From positions 1-51,958 of the forward strand of contig NZFP01000038.1 in the NCBI GenBank assembly GCA_002689325.1: DNA of 51,958 bases. Reading direction: 5' to 3'. Below the pieces are notes generated by a model. That model had not been told where the DNA came from and ran no database searches. It saw only the letters and a list, made by a program, of their open reading frames with translations. Origin of the DNA: Rickettsiales bacterium (GTDB lineage: Bacteria > Pseudomonadota > Alphaproteobacteria > Methylaequorales > Methylaequoraceae). Each line of letters begins with the position of its first letter. The first letter of the stretch is position 1. Shown here piece after piece: positions 1-8,751 of this stretch. The translations under genes were made by a program, and so were the position numbers.

Positions 1-668
1 AGTTTACAGTTAAAATTAGATACTTTGTAATTTTCTTTAATAAATATTTCAACTAAATCAGTTAAATAAAATTCTTTTTTTTTATTCTTATTCTTAATCT
101 TTTTTAATTTTTCAAAAAGATTTTTTGTTTTAATAATCATTATACCAGAGTTACATAATTGAATCTTTTTTTCTTCACTAGTTTGTTCTGTTTTTTCTAT
201 AATTTTGTTGAGTTTACCTTTTTTAATTAATAATCTTCCATAGGAATTATTTAAATCTTTTACAATCATAGAAATAACAGATAGATCGAGTTTTTTTTTA
301 TCAAAATCTCTCAAAGCAGCGTTTAAAGTTTTAAATGTCACAGCAGGAGTGTCACCATACAAAACCAAAGTAGTATCAGTTTCCTCTATTTCACTGTTTT
401 TAGAAGCCTCTAAAACCGCATGGGCAGTACCCAACTGATTATTTTGGTAACAAAATTTAATATGATGGTATTTTGATAATAATAATGTTTTATAATTATC
501 AAGTTTTTTTGAAATGACTAAAGTAGTACTTTTTGCTTTTAATTTTTGACTAAGATCAAGTACATGAAATATCATTGGGTAGTTTCCAACTTCGTGAAAA
601 ACCTTGGGTATATCAGAGTTCATTCTTGTACCTTGGCCAGCAGCTAAAATAATAACGGAAAGAATCAT
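1..668 (-). CDS. glmU: Bifunctional UDP-N-acetylglucosamine pyrophosphorylase / GlcN-1-P acetyltransferase, N-terminal part (runs off the window edge; absent from the ORF track)
   Basis: Manual translation from ATG 668 gives MILSVIILAAGQGTRMNSDIPKVFHEV...QLGTAHAV...LYGDTP...YGRL...CNSG, the GlmU uridyltransferase motifs. Divergent from gph. Confidence 0.93.
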   Translation of the reverse strand, partial: MILSVIILAAGQGTRMNSDIPKVFHEVGNYPMIFHVLDLSQKLKAKSTTLVISKKLDNYKTLLLSKYHHIKFCYQNNQLGTAHAVLEASKNSEIEETDTTLVLYGDTPAVTFKTLNAALRDFDKKKLDLSVISMIVKDLNNSYGRLLIKKGKLNKIIEKTEQTSEEKKIQLCNSGIMIIKTKNLFEKLKKIKNKNKKKEFYLTDLVEIFIKENYKVSNFNCK

Positions 669-728
669 TGTACTTTTAGAAATAGTTAGAGTTATTATAA
701 ATATTTTTTAAAAAAGGTTTAGGAAATA

Positions 729-1382
729 ATGAATAAAAATTTGAAATGTGTAATTTTTGATCTTGATGGTACTTTGATTGATAGTGGACCAGATCTTTTA
801 AACACACTAAATTATATTCTTACTGAGAATAATCTAAAAGAGATAGACCGTTCTGTAATAGGTAATTTAGTTGGAGGAGGAGCAGAGGCAATGATAAGAA
901 GAGGATACAAACACTTAAATGCACATCTTGATGAAAAAGAAATACCTTCACTAATTGATCTTTTCATTAACCATTATTATAAAAATTGTACAAATCAAAC
1001 AAAGCTTTATAATGGAGTCTTAGATATCTTAAAGTTTTTAAGAAAAAAAACTATAATTTGTTTGTGTACTAACAAAAAACAGTTTTTAGCTGAAAAAATA
1101 CTTGAAGAATTAGGGTTAATAAATTTTTTTAATTATATTCTAGGTTCTGATGGAAAAACTCCTTTGAAACCCGAGGTTGAAATGCCAAAAAAATGTCTTA
1201 AAAAATTTAGAATACCGGCCGATCAAGTAGTATTTGTCGGTGATAGTGAAAATGATATTTTACCTGCTAATCATCTAGGTATGTTCTCTGTTCATGTAAC
1301 CTATGGTTACGGTAAAATAGGAGACAACGTTAAAGCTGACCTAGTTATCAAAGAGATAAAGGAACTAAGAAAAATTTTTTAA
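729..1382 (+). CDS. gph: HAD-family phosphoglycolate phosphatase
   Basis: FDLDGTLIDS motif I, TNK, KP and VGDS..D motifs; AGGA ribosome-binding site upstream. Confidence 0.85.
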   Translation: MNKNLKCVIFDLDGTLIDSGPDLLNTLNYILTENNLKEIDRSVIGNLVGGGAEAMIRRGYKHLNAHLDEKEIPSLIDLFINHYYKNCTNQTKLYNGVLDILKFLRKKTIICLCTNKKQFLAEKILEELGLINFFNYILGSDGKTPLKPEVEMPKKCLKKFRIPADQVVFVGDSENDILPANHLGMFSVHVTYGYGKIGDNVKADLVIKEIKELRKIF

Positions 1383-1383
1383 T

Positions 1384-1509
1384 TTAAATTTTAATTCTTT
1401 CTGTAAAAAATTTGTTAATTTCGCTGACTCCCTCATATATAGTAATTATTGCTATTATTAGCGCGCAAAAAGCAATTACATATAAAAACTTATAAAATTT
1501 AGGGTCCAC
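1384..1509 (-). CDS. Putative 41-aa single-pass membrane protein
   Basis: GTG start; MDPKFYKFLYVIAFCALIIAIITIYEGVSEINKFFTERIKI; one hydrophobic stretch; TATAAT 6 nt upstream; stop lies 1 nt from the gph stop. Confidence 0.5.
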   Translation of the reverse strand: MDPKFYKFLYVIAFCALIIAIITIYEGVSEINKFFTERIKI

Positions 1510-1620
1510 GAGTTTATTATATTAAAAAAATTCAATAATTATCATTAATAATGCAAATAAATTTTATCAATATTAGCTATAATTTTATATTTACCTTAGG
1601 TAATCAACTAGGAAGAAAAA

Positions 1621-1836
1621 ATGAAAAAAAATACGATACTTACTTTTTTACTTAGCTTAGCTTTTAATACAGATATTGCTACAGCAGAGACCAAACAAAA
1701 AGCTGCACAAAAAAATTGGAAACTTATACAAGTTGCAAACGGAAAATCTTCATATCAATGCAAATTAGATATACCAAAATCATTACTTAAGTATTATACT
1801 CAAATTATTCATAAAAAAAAAAGAAGAGTATATTAA
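1621..1836 (+). CDS. Small putatively secreted basic protein (may extend to 1856 if the A10 run is miscalled)
   Basis: AGGAAG ribosome-binding site; signal-peptide-like N-terminus (MKKNTILTFLLSLAFNTDIATA); followed by a hairpin. Confidence 0.6.
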   Translation: MKKNTILTFLLSLAFNTDIATAETKQKAAQKNWKLIQVANGKSSYQCKLDIPKSLLKYYTQIIHKKKRRVY

Positions 1837-1857
1837 AATATTATTGTTTAAAATAGA

Positions 1858-1890
1858 TTAAAGCCCTGAATTCAGGGCTTTAAATTTTTC
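1858..1890. terminator. Perfect 26-bp palindrome, likely intrinsic terminator
   Basis: TTAAAGCCCTGAA|TTCAGGGCTTTAA (1858-1883) followed by ATTTTTC. Confidence 0.75.
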
Positions 1891-1908
1891 ATATTTTTTC
1901 ATATATTA

Positions 1909-2866
1909 TTGCAAATGAATAACATTTTAAAAGAATCGTCATATTCAATAAATAAAGCAGTAAGATTATTGAATACAAACAAACTAGTATCACTTAAAGC
2001 AGAGACTGTATATGGACTTGCATGTGACCCTAGTTCAATCAAATCAATAAAAAAACTTTATGACCTAAAAAAAAGGCCTTATAACAACCCTCTCATAATT
2101 CACATATCTTCAATACAAATGTTAAATTCAATTTGTCAGACGAATGAACTTACAAAAAAAATAATTAGTCAATTTTGGCCTGGCCCATTAACTATTATAT
2201 TACCAAAAAAAAAAAAATAAAAATATACTTGATTTAGCAGTTTCAGGGTTGGATACAATCGCTGTGAGGATGCCTAAATCTTCTGTTTTTCTTTCAGTTA
2301 TAAAAAAATTTGGAAAACCAATTGCCGCACCTAGTGCAAATGAAAGTGGTTATATCTCTTCTACAAAAGCAATTCATGTATTTCATTCATTTAAAAAAAA
2401 AATTGATTTAATAATTGATTCTGGACAGTCAGATTTTGGGTTAGAATCAACAATAATTGATTTGTCATCAAACAAAATAATTTTAAAAAGACCTGGAATT
2501 ATAGATATAGAATCACTAGAAGTTTTCATTGGGAAAAAAATTTATGAGTCAAAAACAAACACTAAAAAACCAAACTCTCCAGGTCAATTTTTAAAGCATT
2601 ATTCTCCAATCACCCCTTTAAAGTTAAATGTAAAACTACCAAAAGATGGTGATGCTTTTCTAGGTTTCGGGAAACTTAATTTTAATCACAACCCTTCACT
2701 TAACTTATCAAAAAAAGGTGATTTAAACGAAGCCGCTTTTAATTTATTTAATTTTTTAAGAAAACTAGATAAATTAAATAAGAATAATATTTCCGTTTAT
2801 CCAATTCCAAAAAAAGGTATTGGCAAAGCTATAAACGAAAGATTAGCAAGAGCAGAGTGTAAATGA
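1909..2866 (+). CDS. sua5: L-threonylcarbamoyladenylate synthase (Sua5/TsaC with C-terminal Sua5 domain), split by a frameshift in an A13 run at 2205-2217
   Basis: First half has ETVYGL, K.RP..NPLI.H and FWPGPLT; second half has AVRMP, AAPSAN.SG, GLESTI and PG....HY.P. Removing one A joins them (PKKKNKNILDLAVSGLDTIAVR). Confidence 0.92.
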
Positions 2867-4257
2867 GTCAGATTTATAAGAACCTTCTAAAAGAATTAAA
2901 AAGTTCTGAGTATAGTCTAGATAAGGATACAATAAATAATTATTGTGTAGATTGGAGAGGTAAATATAAAGGTTCTTCAGAAATAATTTTTTTTCCAAAG
3001 TCAGTTTCGTCAGTTATTAAAATAGTTAAATTTTGTTACAAAAAAAATATCCCGATTGTTCCTCAAGGAGGAAATACAAGTCTTGTAGGGGGCTCAGTTC
3101 CGAGATTAAATAAGGGAGAAATAATTATTAATCTTTGTAAATTAAATAAAATCAGAGAAATAGATACTTTTAGTAATACAGTTACAGTTGAAAGTGGTTG
3201 TATTTTACAAAGTATTAATGATCAACTTGAATGTTATAATTTACAAATGCCAATTTCACTAGGATCAAAGGGTAGTTGTCAAATTGGTGGAAATATTGCT
3301 ACAAATGCAGGTGGCTTGAACGTTATAAAATTTGGTTCCATCAGAAGTAATATTTTAGGAATTGAAGCAATCCTTCCAAACGGCGAGTTTTATAACGATT
3401 TAAAAAATGTCAAAAAAAATAATACAGGCCTAGATTTAAAGCAATTATTTATAGGATCTGAGGGAACACTCGGAATAATAACTGCAGCAACATTTCAAAT
3501 TCATAAAAAAAGTAATGATAGAATTGTAATAATAATTTCTTTAGAAAAGTTTAGGCAGGTTCTCACTGCTTATCAAAGATTTATTTATATTTTTAGTGAA
3601 TTTATTACTGCCTTTGAATTGATGAATAAATTTTCATTAGACTTAACGGAAAAATTACATGGTTCTCTTAATCTTCCGCTTAGCGGAAATTATTATTGTC
3701 TTATTGAACTGACAAATTTTATTGAAATTGAAAATTTCAATAACTTTGTTTATTCAAAGCTCGAATATTTAACAATAAAAGAAATGGATTTGATTATGGC
3801 AAAATCGGAATATGAAAATAAAAATTTTTGGCAAATCAGAGAAGAAATACCCTTAGCAGAAAAGTTATTAAAGAATGTTATTCAACACGATGTTTCTTTA
3901 CCATTAAATAATATTGAAAGTTTCATATATCAAAGTTCTGAATCATTAAAAAAATATAATAAAAATATTTCAATAGTAAATTTTGGGCATCTAGGAGATA
4001 ATAACTTACATTTTAATGTATGTATTGATGAAAGCCTCAATAAAAAACAATTTGAAGGTTTTAAAAAAAATGTTAACGAAATTATTTTTTCTAACGTAAA
4101 AAAGTTTAATGGATCTATCAGTGCAGAACATGGAATTGGCCAGCTTAGAAAAGATGAATTAAAAAAATATAAAAGTTTTGAAGAAATACAAAGAATGAAA
4201 AAAATAAAAAAGATTTTTGATCCAAAAAATATAATGAATCCAGGTAAAGTGCTCTAG
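2863..4257 (+). CDS. FAD-binding oxidoreductase, D-2-hydroxyacid dehydrogenase (GlcD/D2HGDH-like)
   Basis: PQGGNTSLVGG, IGGNIATNAGG, IGSEGTLG, GHLGDNNLH, SAEHGIG and DP..IMNPGK motifs. Confidence 0.88.
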   Translation: MSQIYKNLLKELKSSEYSLDKDTINNYCVDWRGKYKGSSEIIFFPKSVSSVIKIVKFCYKKNIPIVPQGGNTSLVGGSVPRLNKGEIIINLCKLNKIREIDTFSNTVTVESGCILQSINDQLECYNLQMPISLGSKGSCQIGGNIATNAGGLNVIKFGSIRSNILGIEAILPNGEFYNDLKNVKKNNTGLDLKQLFIGSEGTLGIITAATFQIHKKSNDRIVIIISLEKFRQVLTAYQRFIYIFSEFITAFELMNKFSLDLTEKLHGSLNLPLSGNYYCLIELTNFIEIENFNNFVYSKLEYLTIKEMDLIMAKSEYENKNFWQIREEIPLAEKLLKNVIQHDVSLPLNNIESFIYQSSESLKKYNKNISIVNFGHLGDNNLHFNVCIDESLNKKQFEGFKKNVNEIIFSNVKKFNGSISAEHGIGQLRKDELKKYKSFEEIQRMKKIKKIFDPKNIMNPGKVL

Positions 4258-5162
4258 TCTAAAAAAGACTCATAGATTTTATTTGCCTGTCTACAAACTT
4301 TTAAAGGCTGAATATTTATCCTTAACAAACCAATAAAATACAAAAAAAAATACTTCAGATATAAACTTTTTATCTTTTTATTCCTTGCAAATCTCCAAGC
4401 CCTTGCAGTTAACCTTCGTTGAGCATATAATCTTACATTAATTGGTAGGTCGGTATTCTCATTGATAAAAAATTCCAATGCTTTTGAAACCCTAAAAATT
4501 TGATTATTTTTTTTTTCTGATATTTGGCCTGGTGCACTTAACGGCAATATAGCAATAGGATAATTAAGTTTAATAAAATTTCCAATTCTAGATAGCCTTA
4601 AAGTTAAAGAATATTCTTGGCTATGAATCACTCGTTCATCGCAACCACCAACCATTTGACATACTTTTGTTCTCACCAAAAACTGAGACGGGTTAAACAT
4701 AGAATTTCTCATAGCTAGGAAAATTGGCTTTTCTATAATAAAAGTATCATTACAGTCAAAAACTTCATCTAAATCTACAGATTTAATGTTTTCAACCTTT
4801 CTTTGAAGCCCATACGCCAAAACAGACTCCCTATTTTTTTCTAGAAGATTTAAAAGACAAAGGGTAGCATTACTCAAAATAACATCATCTGCATCAAGAA
4901 ACTTTATGTATTTCATCTTGGCCATACTAATTCCAATATTTGTCGCATTAGCAGAGCCTTTATTTTTTTGGGTTATAATTTTACAATTTTTAAGGCCTCT
5001 TGTTTCTTTTTTTAAAATTTTTATAGAATCATCCGTTGAACCATCATCGATAAAAATATACTCCTTATCAAAATCTCCTTTTTGAGACAAAATTGAATTT
5101 ACTACATGTTTTAGGTATAAAGATTTATTAAAAACTGGGACTACAAAACTAACAGAAGACAT
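4254..5162 (-). CDS. Glycosyltransferase family 2
   Basis: VVPVFN, IDDGSTD and FLDADD motifs. Confidence 0.88.
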   Translation of the reverse strand: MSSVSFVVPVFNKSLYLKHVVNSILSQKGDFDKEYIFIDDGSTDDSIKILKKETRGLKNCKIITQKNKGSANATNIGISMAKMKYIKFLDADDVILSNATLCLLNLLEKNRESVLAYGLQRKVENIKSVDLDEVFDCNDTFIIEKPIFLAMRNSMFNPSQFLVRTKVCQMVGGCDERVIHSQEYSLTLRLSRIGNFIKLNYPIAILPLSAPGQISEKKNNQIFRVSKALEFFINENTDLPINVRLYAQRRLTARAWRFARNKKIKSLYLKYFFLYFIGLLRINIQPLKVCRQANKIYESFLD

Positions 5163-5870
5163 TTATTCTTTAAAATTTATCAAAACTTTTTCTAAACTCA
5201 TATTTCCAAATGCTGAAGCCTTGGTATTTTCTTGTCTTTGTTGTTTAACAATACCTACCCCAGGACAAACCCATTCTTTTGTAAAAATATTAACTTTTAT
5301 TGGTCCCGAACGTGTATCAGCAATAAATTCTGACTCCCCTTTTCCTTCAATATAAATACAATTTTTAAAATGGCCTGCTTTGACATTTATCGATACATTT
5401 CTTTTTTTTATTGAATAAAAGATATTGAAAAGTGCTGAAGGCACAAAATCTCTTAAAGGTGGTTGGAAACCTTTTGTGATACGTAACTGACTTTTTGTTT
5501 TCCAATTATCAATTTTAAAACCAAGTGATGGATAAATTATTTTTTCAATAGGCTCGTCGTAACCAGATTTTGATACTACTTTCGCAGCAGTTCTTATTAA
5601 ATTATCCTCAAACTTATCTTTGAAAAAAGACAGCATATTACCATTAGAGTATATTTTAGAAAAAACAACCCCTTTTCCCATATTATTTGAAGCGATGTTT
5701 GTAGTAGTTAATCTTTTAATTTGTGTTAAACCGGTGTAGTCAGAATTAATTTTTATTTCATAATTCCAGATAAGACCCTGCTGATGTGGAAAAAAATTTT
5801 TGTCTTCTTTACAACCAACTATCATCAATACAAGGCTGAGGTTAATCATTAAAAATAAAATTTTTCTCAT
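5163..5870 (-). CDS. Uncharacterised lipoprotein, paralog of 33595..34287
   Basis: Lipobox-like LMIVGC; motifs AGHFKNC and EWVCPGVGIVK. ATG 5870 preferred to GTG 5876, which is 1 nt from the tRNA end. Confidence 0.75.
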   Translation of the reverse strand: MRKILFLMINLSLVLMIVGCKEDKNFFPHQQGLIWNYEIKINSDYTGLTQIKRLTTTNIASNNMGKGVVFSKIYSNGNMLSFFKDKFEDNLIRTAAKVVSKSGYDEPIEKIIYPSLGFKIDNWKTKSQLRITKGFQPPLRDFVPSALFNIFYSIKKRNVSINVKAGHFKNCIYIEGKGESEFIADTRSGPIKVNIFTKEWVCPGVGIVKQQRQENTKASAFGNMSLEKVLINFKE

Positions 5871-5877
5871 AAACACG

Positions 5878-5953
5878 TGGTGCCCAGGGGAGGAATTGAA
5901 CCACCGACACAGCGATTTTCAGTCGCTTGCTCTACCAACTGAGCTACCTGGGC
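5878..5953 (-). tRNA. tRNA-Phe(GAA)
   Basis: Reverse complement GCCCAGGTAGCTCAGTTGGTAGAGCAAGCGACTGAAAATCGCTGTGTCGGTGGTTCAATTCCTCCCCTGGGCACCA; 76 nt with encoded CCA. Confidence 0.97.
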
Positions 5954-5997
5954 AATTTGATTTATAAATAAAGTTATTACAACAGGAAAAAAAAAAT

Positions 5998-6588
5998 TCA
6001 ATTTTTAAATCCTATATTAATCAAGATTTTATACAAGTTGTTTAAACAAAGTCCAACAACATTTGAATATGAACCTCTAATTTTCCTCACGAATTTTCCT
6101 CCATTACCTTGAATAGCATAACCTCCAGCTTTACCGATACCTTCATTAAGTAAAATTGGATTAGTAAGCTCTTTACTGGATATGAAATCAAAATATACTT
6201 CTGATTTAACCAACCTTTTATAAATCTTTCCACTATTATCAATTATACAAATACCCCCATATACAAAGTGTTTTCTACCTGATAGTTGGGAAAGGTGACT
6301 TTTTACATCATCTTTAGAAAAACACTTGCTAAAAACTTTTCCACATCTAAAAACTTCAGTATCAGCTGAAATGATAATTTCATCGTTTATTTTGCTATTG
6401 GTTTTAATTGAATTAGCTTTTAAATATGAAAGTTCTATTACCTTTTTTGCAATTGGAAGTTTAACTTTGTAATTATCTTCGTCAAAAAGAGGTGGCATGG
6501 TTTTAAAATCATTTATTCCTAACTGTCTTAATAACAATTGCCTTTGCTTTGATGACGAGGCTAAAATAATTTTTTTTTTTTTATACAA
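5998..6588 (-). CDS. maf: Maf-family nucleoside triphosphate pyrophosphatase
   Basis: ILASSS, ISADT, LSGRKH, GKAGGYAIQG and GSYSNVVGL motifs. Confidence 0.9.
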   Translation of the reverse strand: MYKKKKIILASSSKQRQLLLRQLGINDFKTMPPLFDEDNYKVKLPIAKKVIELSYLKANSIKTNSKINDEIIISADTEVFRCGKVFSKCFSKDDVKSHLSQLSGRKHFVYGGICIIDNSGKIYKRLVKSEVYFDFISSKELTNPILLNEGIGKAGGYAIQGNGGKFVRKIRGSYSNVVGLCLNNLYKILINIGFKN

Positions 6589-6590
6589 AT

Positions 6591-6809
6591 TTATTTGTGT
6601 CTAAATGTTATTCTTCCCTTAGTAAGGTCGTATGGTGTCATCTCAACCGTAACTCTATCGCCAGCTAAAACCCTTATACGAAACTTTCTCATTTTTCCAG
6701 CAGTATGAGCGATTATTTCATGATTATTATCCAATAAAACTCTAAACATGGCATTAGGTAATAATTCTTTAACCGTACCATTAAATTCCAATAATTCTTC
6801 TTTAGCCAT
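6591..6809 (-). CDS. infA: Translation initiation factor IF-1
   Basis: [24 protein letters not shown]...[13 protein letters not shown]. Confidence 0.99.
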   Translation of the reverse strand: MAKEELLEFNGTVKELLPNAMFRVLLDNNHEIIAHTAGKMRKFRIRVLAGDRVTVEMTPYDLTKGRITFRHK

Positions 6810-6821
6810 AATTAATAATAT

Positions 6822-8117
6822 CTAATTCTTAATCCTGCATTCTATTGATAAAGCATGAGCTTGTAAACCCTCTTGGTTAGCAAGAACTATAGCGTCTTTT
6901 CCAATTTTTTTTAAGTTTTGACTATTACAACTTACAATTGAGGTTCTTTTAAAAAAATCTAATACGCTTAGTCCAGAAGAAAATTTTGCAGTTCTATCTG
7001 TTGGTAAAACATGGTTAGGACCAGCAACGTAATCACCAATTGCCTCAGGAGTATATTTTCCAAGAAAAATTGCACCTGCGTTTTTAATTTCTTTTAGATA
7101 TTTTTTTGAGTTATCAATCGCTAATTCTAAATGTTCTGGTGCAATTTGATTCGCAAGTGAAATTGAACTTTGAATAGTTTTACTTATAATCACGACACCA
7201 TAATTATTCCAGCTCTCACTTGCTATATCTTTTCTATCGATTTTTTTCAAAAGAATTTTAATATTTTGAATAACTTTTTTAGCAAAACTCTCATCGTCTG
7301 TAATCAATATTGACTGGGCTAACTTATCGTGTTCAGCTTGGGATAAAAGATCAATTGCAATATGTTCTGGGTTATTTTTTTTGTCAGCAATTATTAATAT
7401 TTCTGACGGACCAGCAATCATATCAATTCCAACTAATCCAAATAATTTTTTTTTCGCAGTGGCAACATAAGCATTTCCAGGACCCACTATTTTATCAACT
7501 TTTTTAATTTTTTTTGTTCCGATAGCAAGTGCAGCTACTGCTTGTGCACCTCCTATTTTATAAATTTCTTTTATACCGAGAAGATTAGCACAGGCTAATA
7601 TTACAGGATTTAAAACACCATTGATTGCCGGAACAGTAATAACAATTCTTTTCACCCCAGCAACTATTGCTGGTACAGCATTCATTATTAAAGAAGACGG
7701 ATAAGCTGCTGTCCCACCTGGGACATATAAACCAACTGATTCAATTGGGTTCCATAACCCTCCAAGTAAAATTCCGTGCTTATCTTTGAAAAAGTCGTTC
7801 TTAGGAATCTGTCTTTTGTGATAATCCTTAATTCTCTTTATGGCAAATTTCAAAGAACTTAAGATTTTTCGATCTATTATTTTTTTAGATTCTTCAATTT
7901 CTTTTTTTTGAACAAGAAGCTGGTTTATATCTGAAACTGAAAAATTATCGTACCTCTTTGTTAACTCTATTAATGCTGAGTCCTCTCCAACTTTTATCTT
8001 TTTTATTATATTCTCTACGACCAGATCAACTGAAGAATCTATATTTTCTCTTTTAATTAAAATTTTTTTAAAATTATCAGTGAAACCTTTTTTATTTTCG
8101 TACAAAATTTTTGCCAT
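6822..8117 (-). CDS. hisD: Histidinol dehydrogenase
   Basis: VGLYVPGG.A.YPS, GPGNAYV, IDMIAGPSE, DLLSQAEHD, APEHL and GPNHVLPT. Confidence 0.97.
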   Translation of the reverse strand: MAKILYENKKGFTDNFKKILIKRENIDSSVDLVVENIIKKIKVGEDSALIELTKRYDNFSVSDINQLLVQKKEIEESKKIIDRKILSSLKFAIKRIKDYHKRQIPKNDFFKDKHGILLGGLWNPIESVGLYVPGGTAAYPSSLIMNAVPAIVAGVKRIVITVPAINGVLNPVILACANLLGIKEIYKIGGAQAVAALAIGTKKIKKVDKIVGPGNAYVATAKKKLFGLVGIDMIAGPSEILIIADKKNNPEHIAIDLLSQAEHDKLAQSILITDDESFAKKVIQNIKILLKKIDRKDIASESWNNYGVVIISKTIQSSISLANQIAPEHLELAIDNSKKYLKEIKNAGAIFLGKYTPEAIGDYVAGPNHVLPTDRTAKFSSGLSVLDFFKRTSIVSCNSQNLKKIGKDAIVLANQEGLQAHALSIECRIKN

Positions 8118-8751
8118 TTAAAACCCTTTTAAATTTATTCAGTATTTTTGTTATATCATCATTCATCAATTTATAAGCAATCTTATTAATAATAAGTTTT
8201 GATGTGATTTGCATTACTAAACTAGATTCCTCCAGGTTATTTTCCCTAAGTGTTTTCCCAGTTGAAACTAAATCCACAATTGTTGAACATATTTTTAACT
8301 TTGGGGCTAATTCAATAGCGCCATTCAACTTTATACATTCAGCTCTTACGCCTTTTTTTGCAAAAAAATTTGTTGTAATATTTTTATACTTTGTGGCAAC
8401 AACAATATGACCTTTGTTATCTGATGTTTTTTTTTCTTTTATTTTTGCAACGGATAATCTACATTTACCTATTTTTAGATCATAAAAATTATATATTTCA
8501 TCATAATTAAATTCATTTATTACATCATCCCCCGCTACCCCAATTTGAGCAGCTCCTAATGCAACAAATGTTGCTACATCAAAGGACCTTACTTTTATTA
8601 TTGATAATTTTTTTTGATTAGTTTTAAACAATAGTTTCCTAGAACTAGTTCTAAAAAACTCTTCCTCAGGTACAATTTCTGCCTTTTGTAGCAAAGGTAT
8701 TAATTCATTTAAAATTCTACCCTTTGGTAATGCCATAATAATTTTGTTCAC
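8092..8751 (-). CDS. hisG: ATP phosphoribosyltransferase, short form (HisZ-dependent)
   Basis: ALPKGRI, VATKY, GAIELAP and IVDLVSTGKTLRENNL; 219 aa with no C-terminal regulatory domain. Confidence 0.95.
   Translation of the reverse strand: MNKIIMALPKGRILNELIPLLQKAEIVPEEEFFRTSSRKLLFKTNQKKLSIIKVRSFDVATFVALGAAQIGVAGDDVINEFNYDEIYNFYDLKIGKCRLSVAKIKEKKTSDNKGHIVVATKYKNITTNFFAKKGVRAECIKLNGAIELAPKLKICSTIVDLVSTGKTLRENNLEESSLVMQITSKLIINKIAYKLMNDDITKILNKFKRVLNGKNFVRK

Noticed and set aside
4254-5953. Genomic island integrated at tRNA-Phe (likewise tRNA-Thr or tmRNA)
   Set aside because: No integrase and no duplicated tRNA 3' end was seen.
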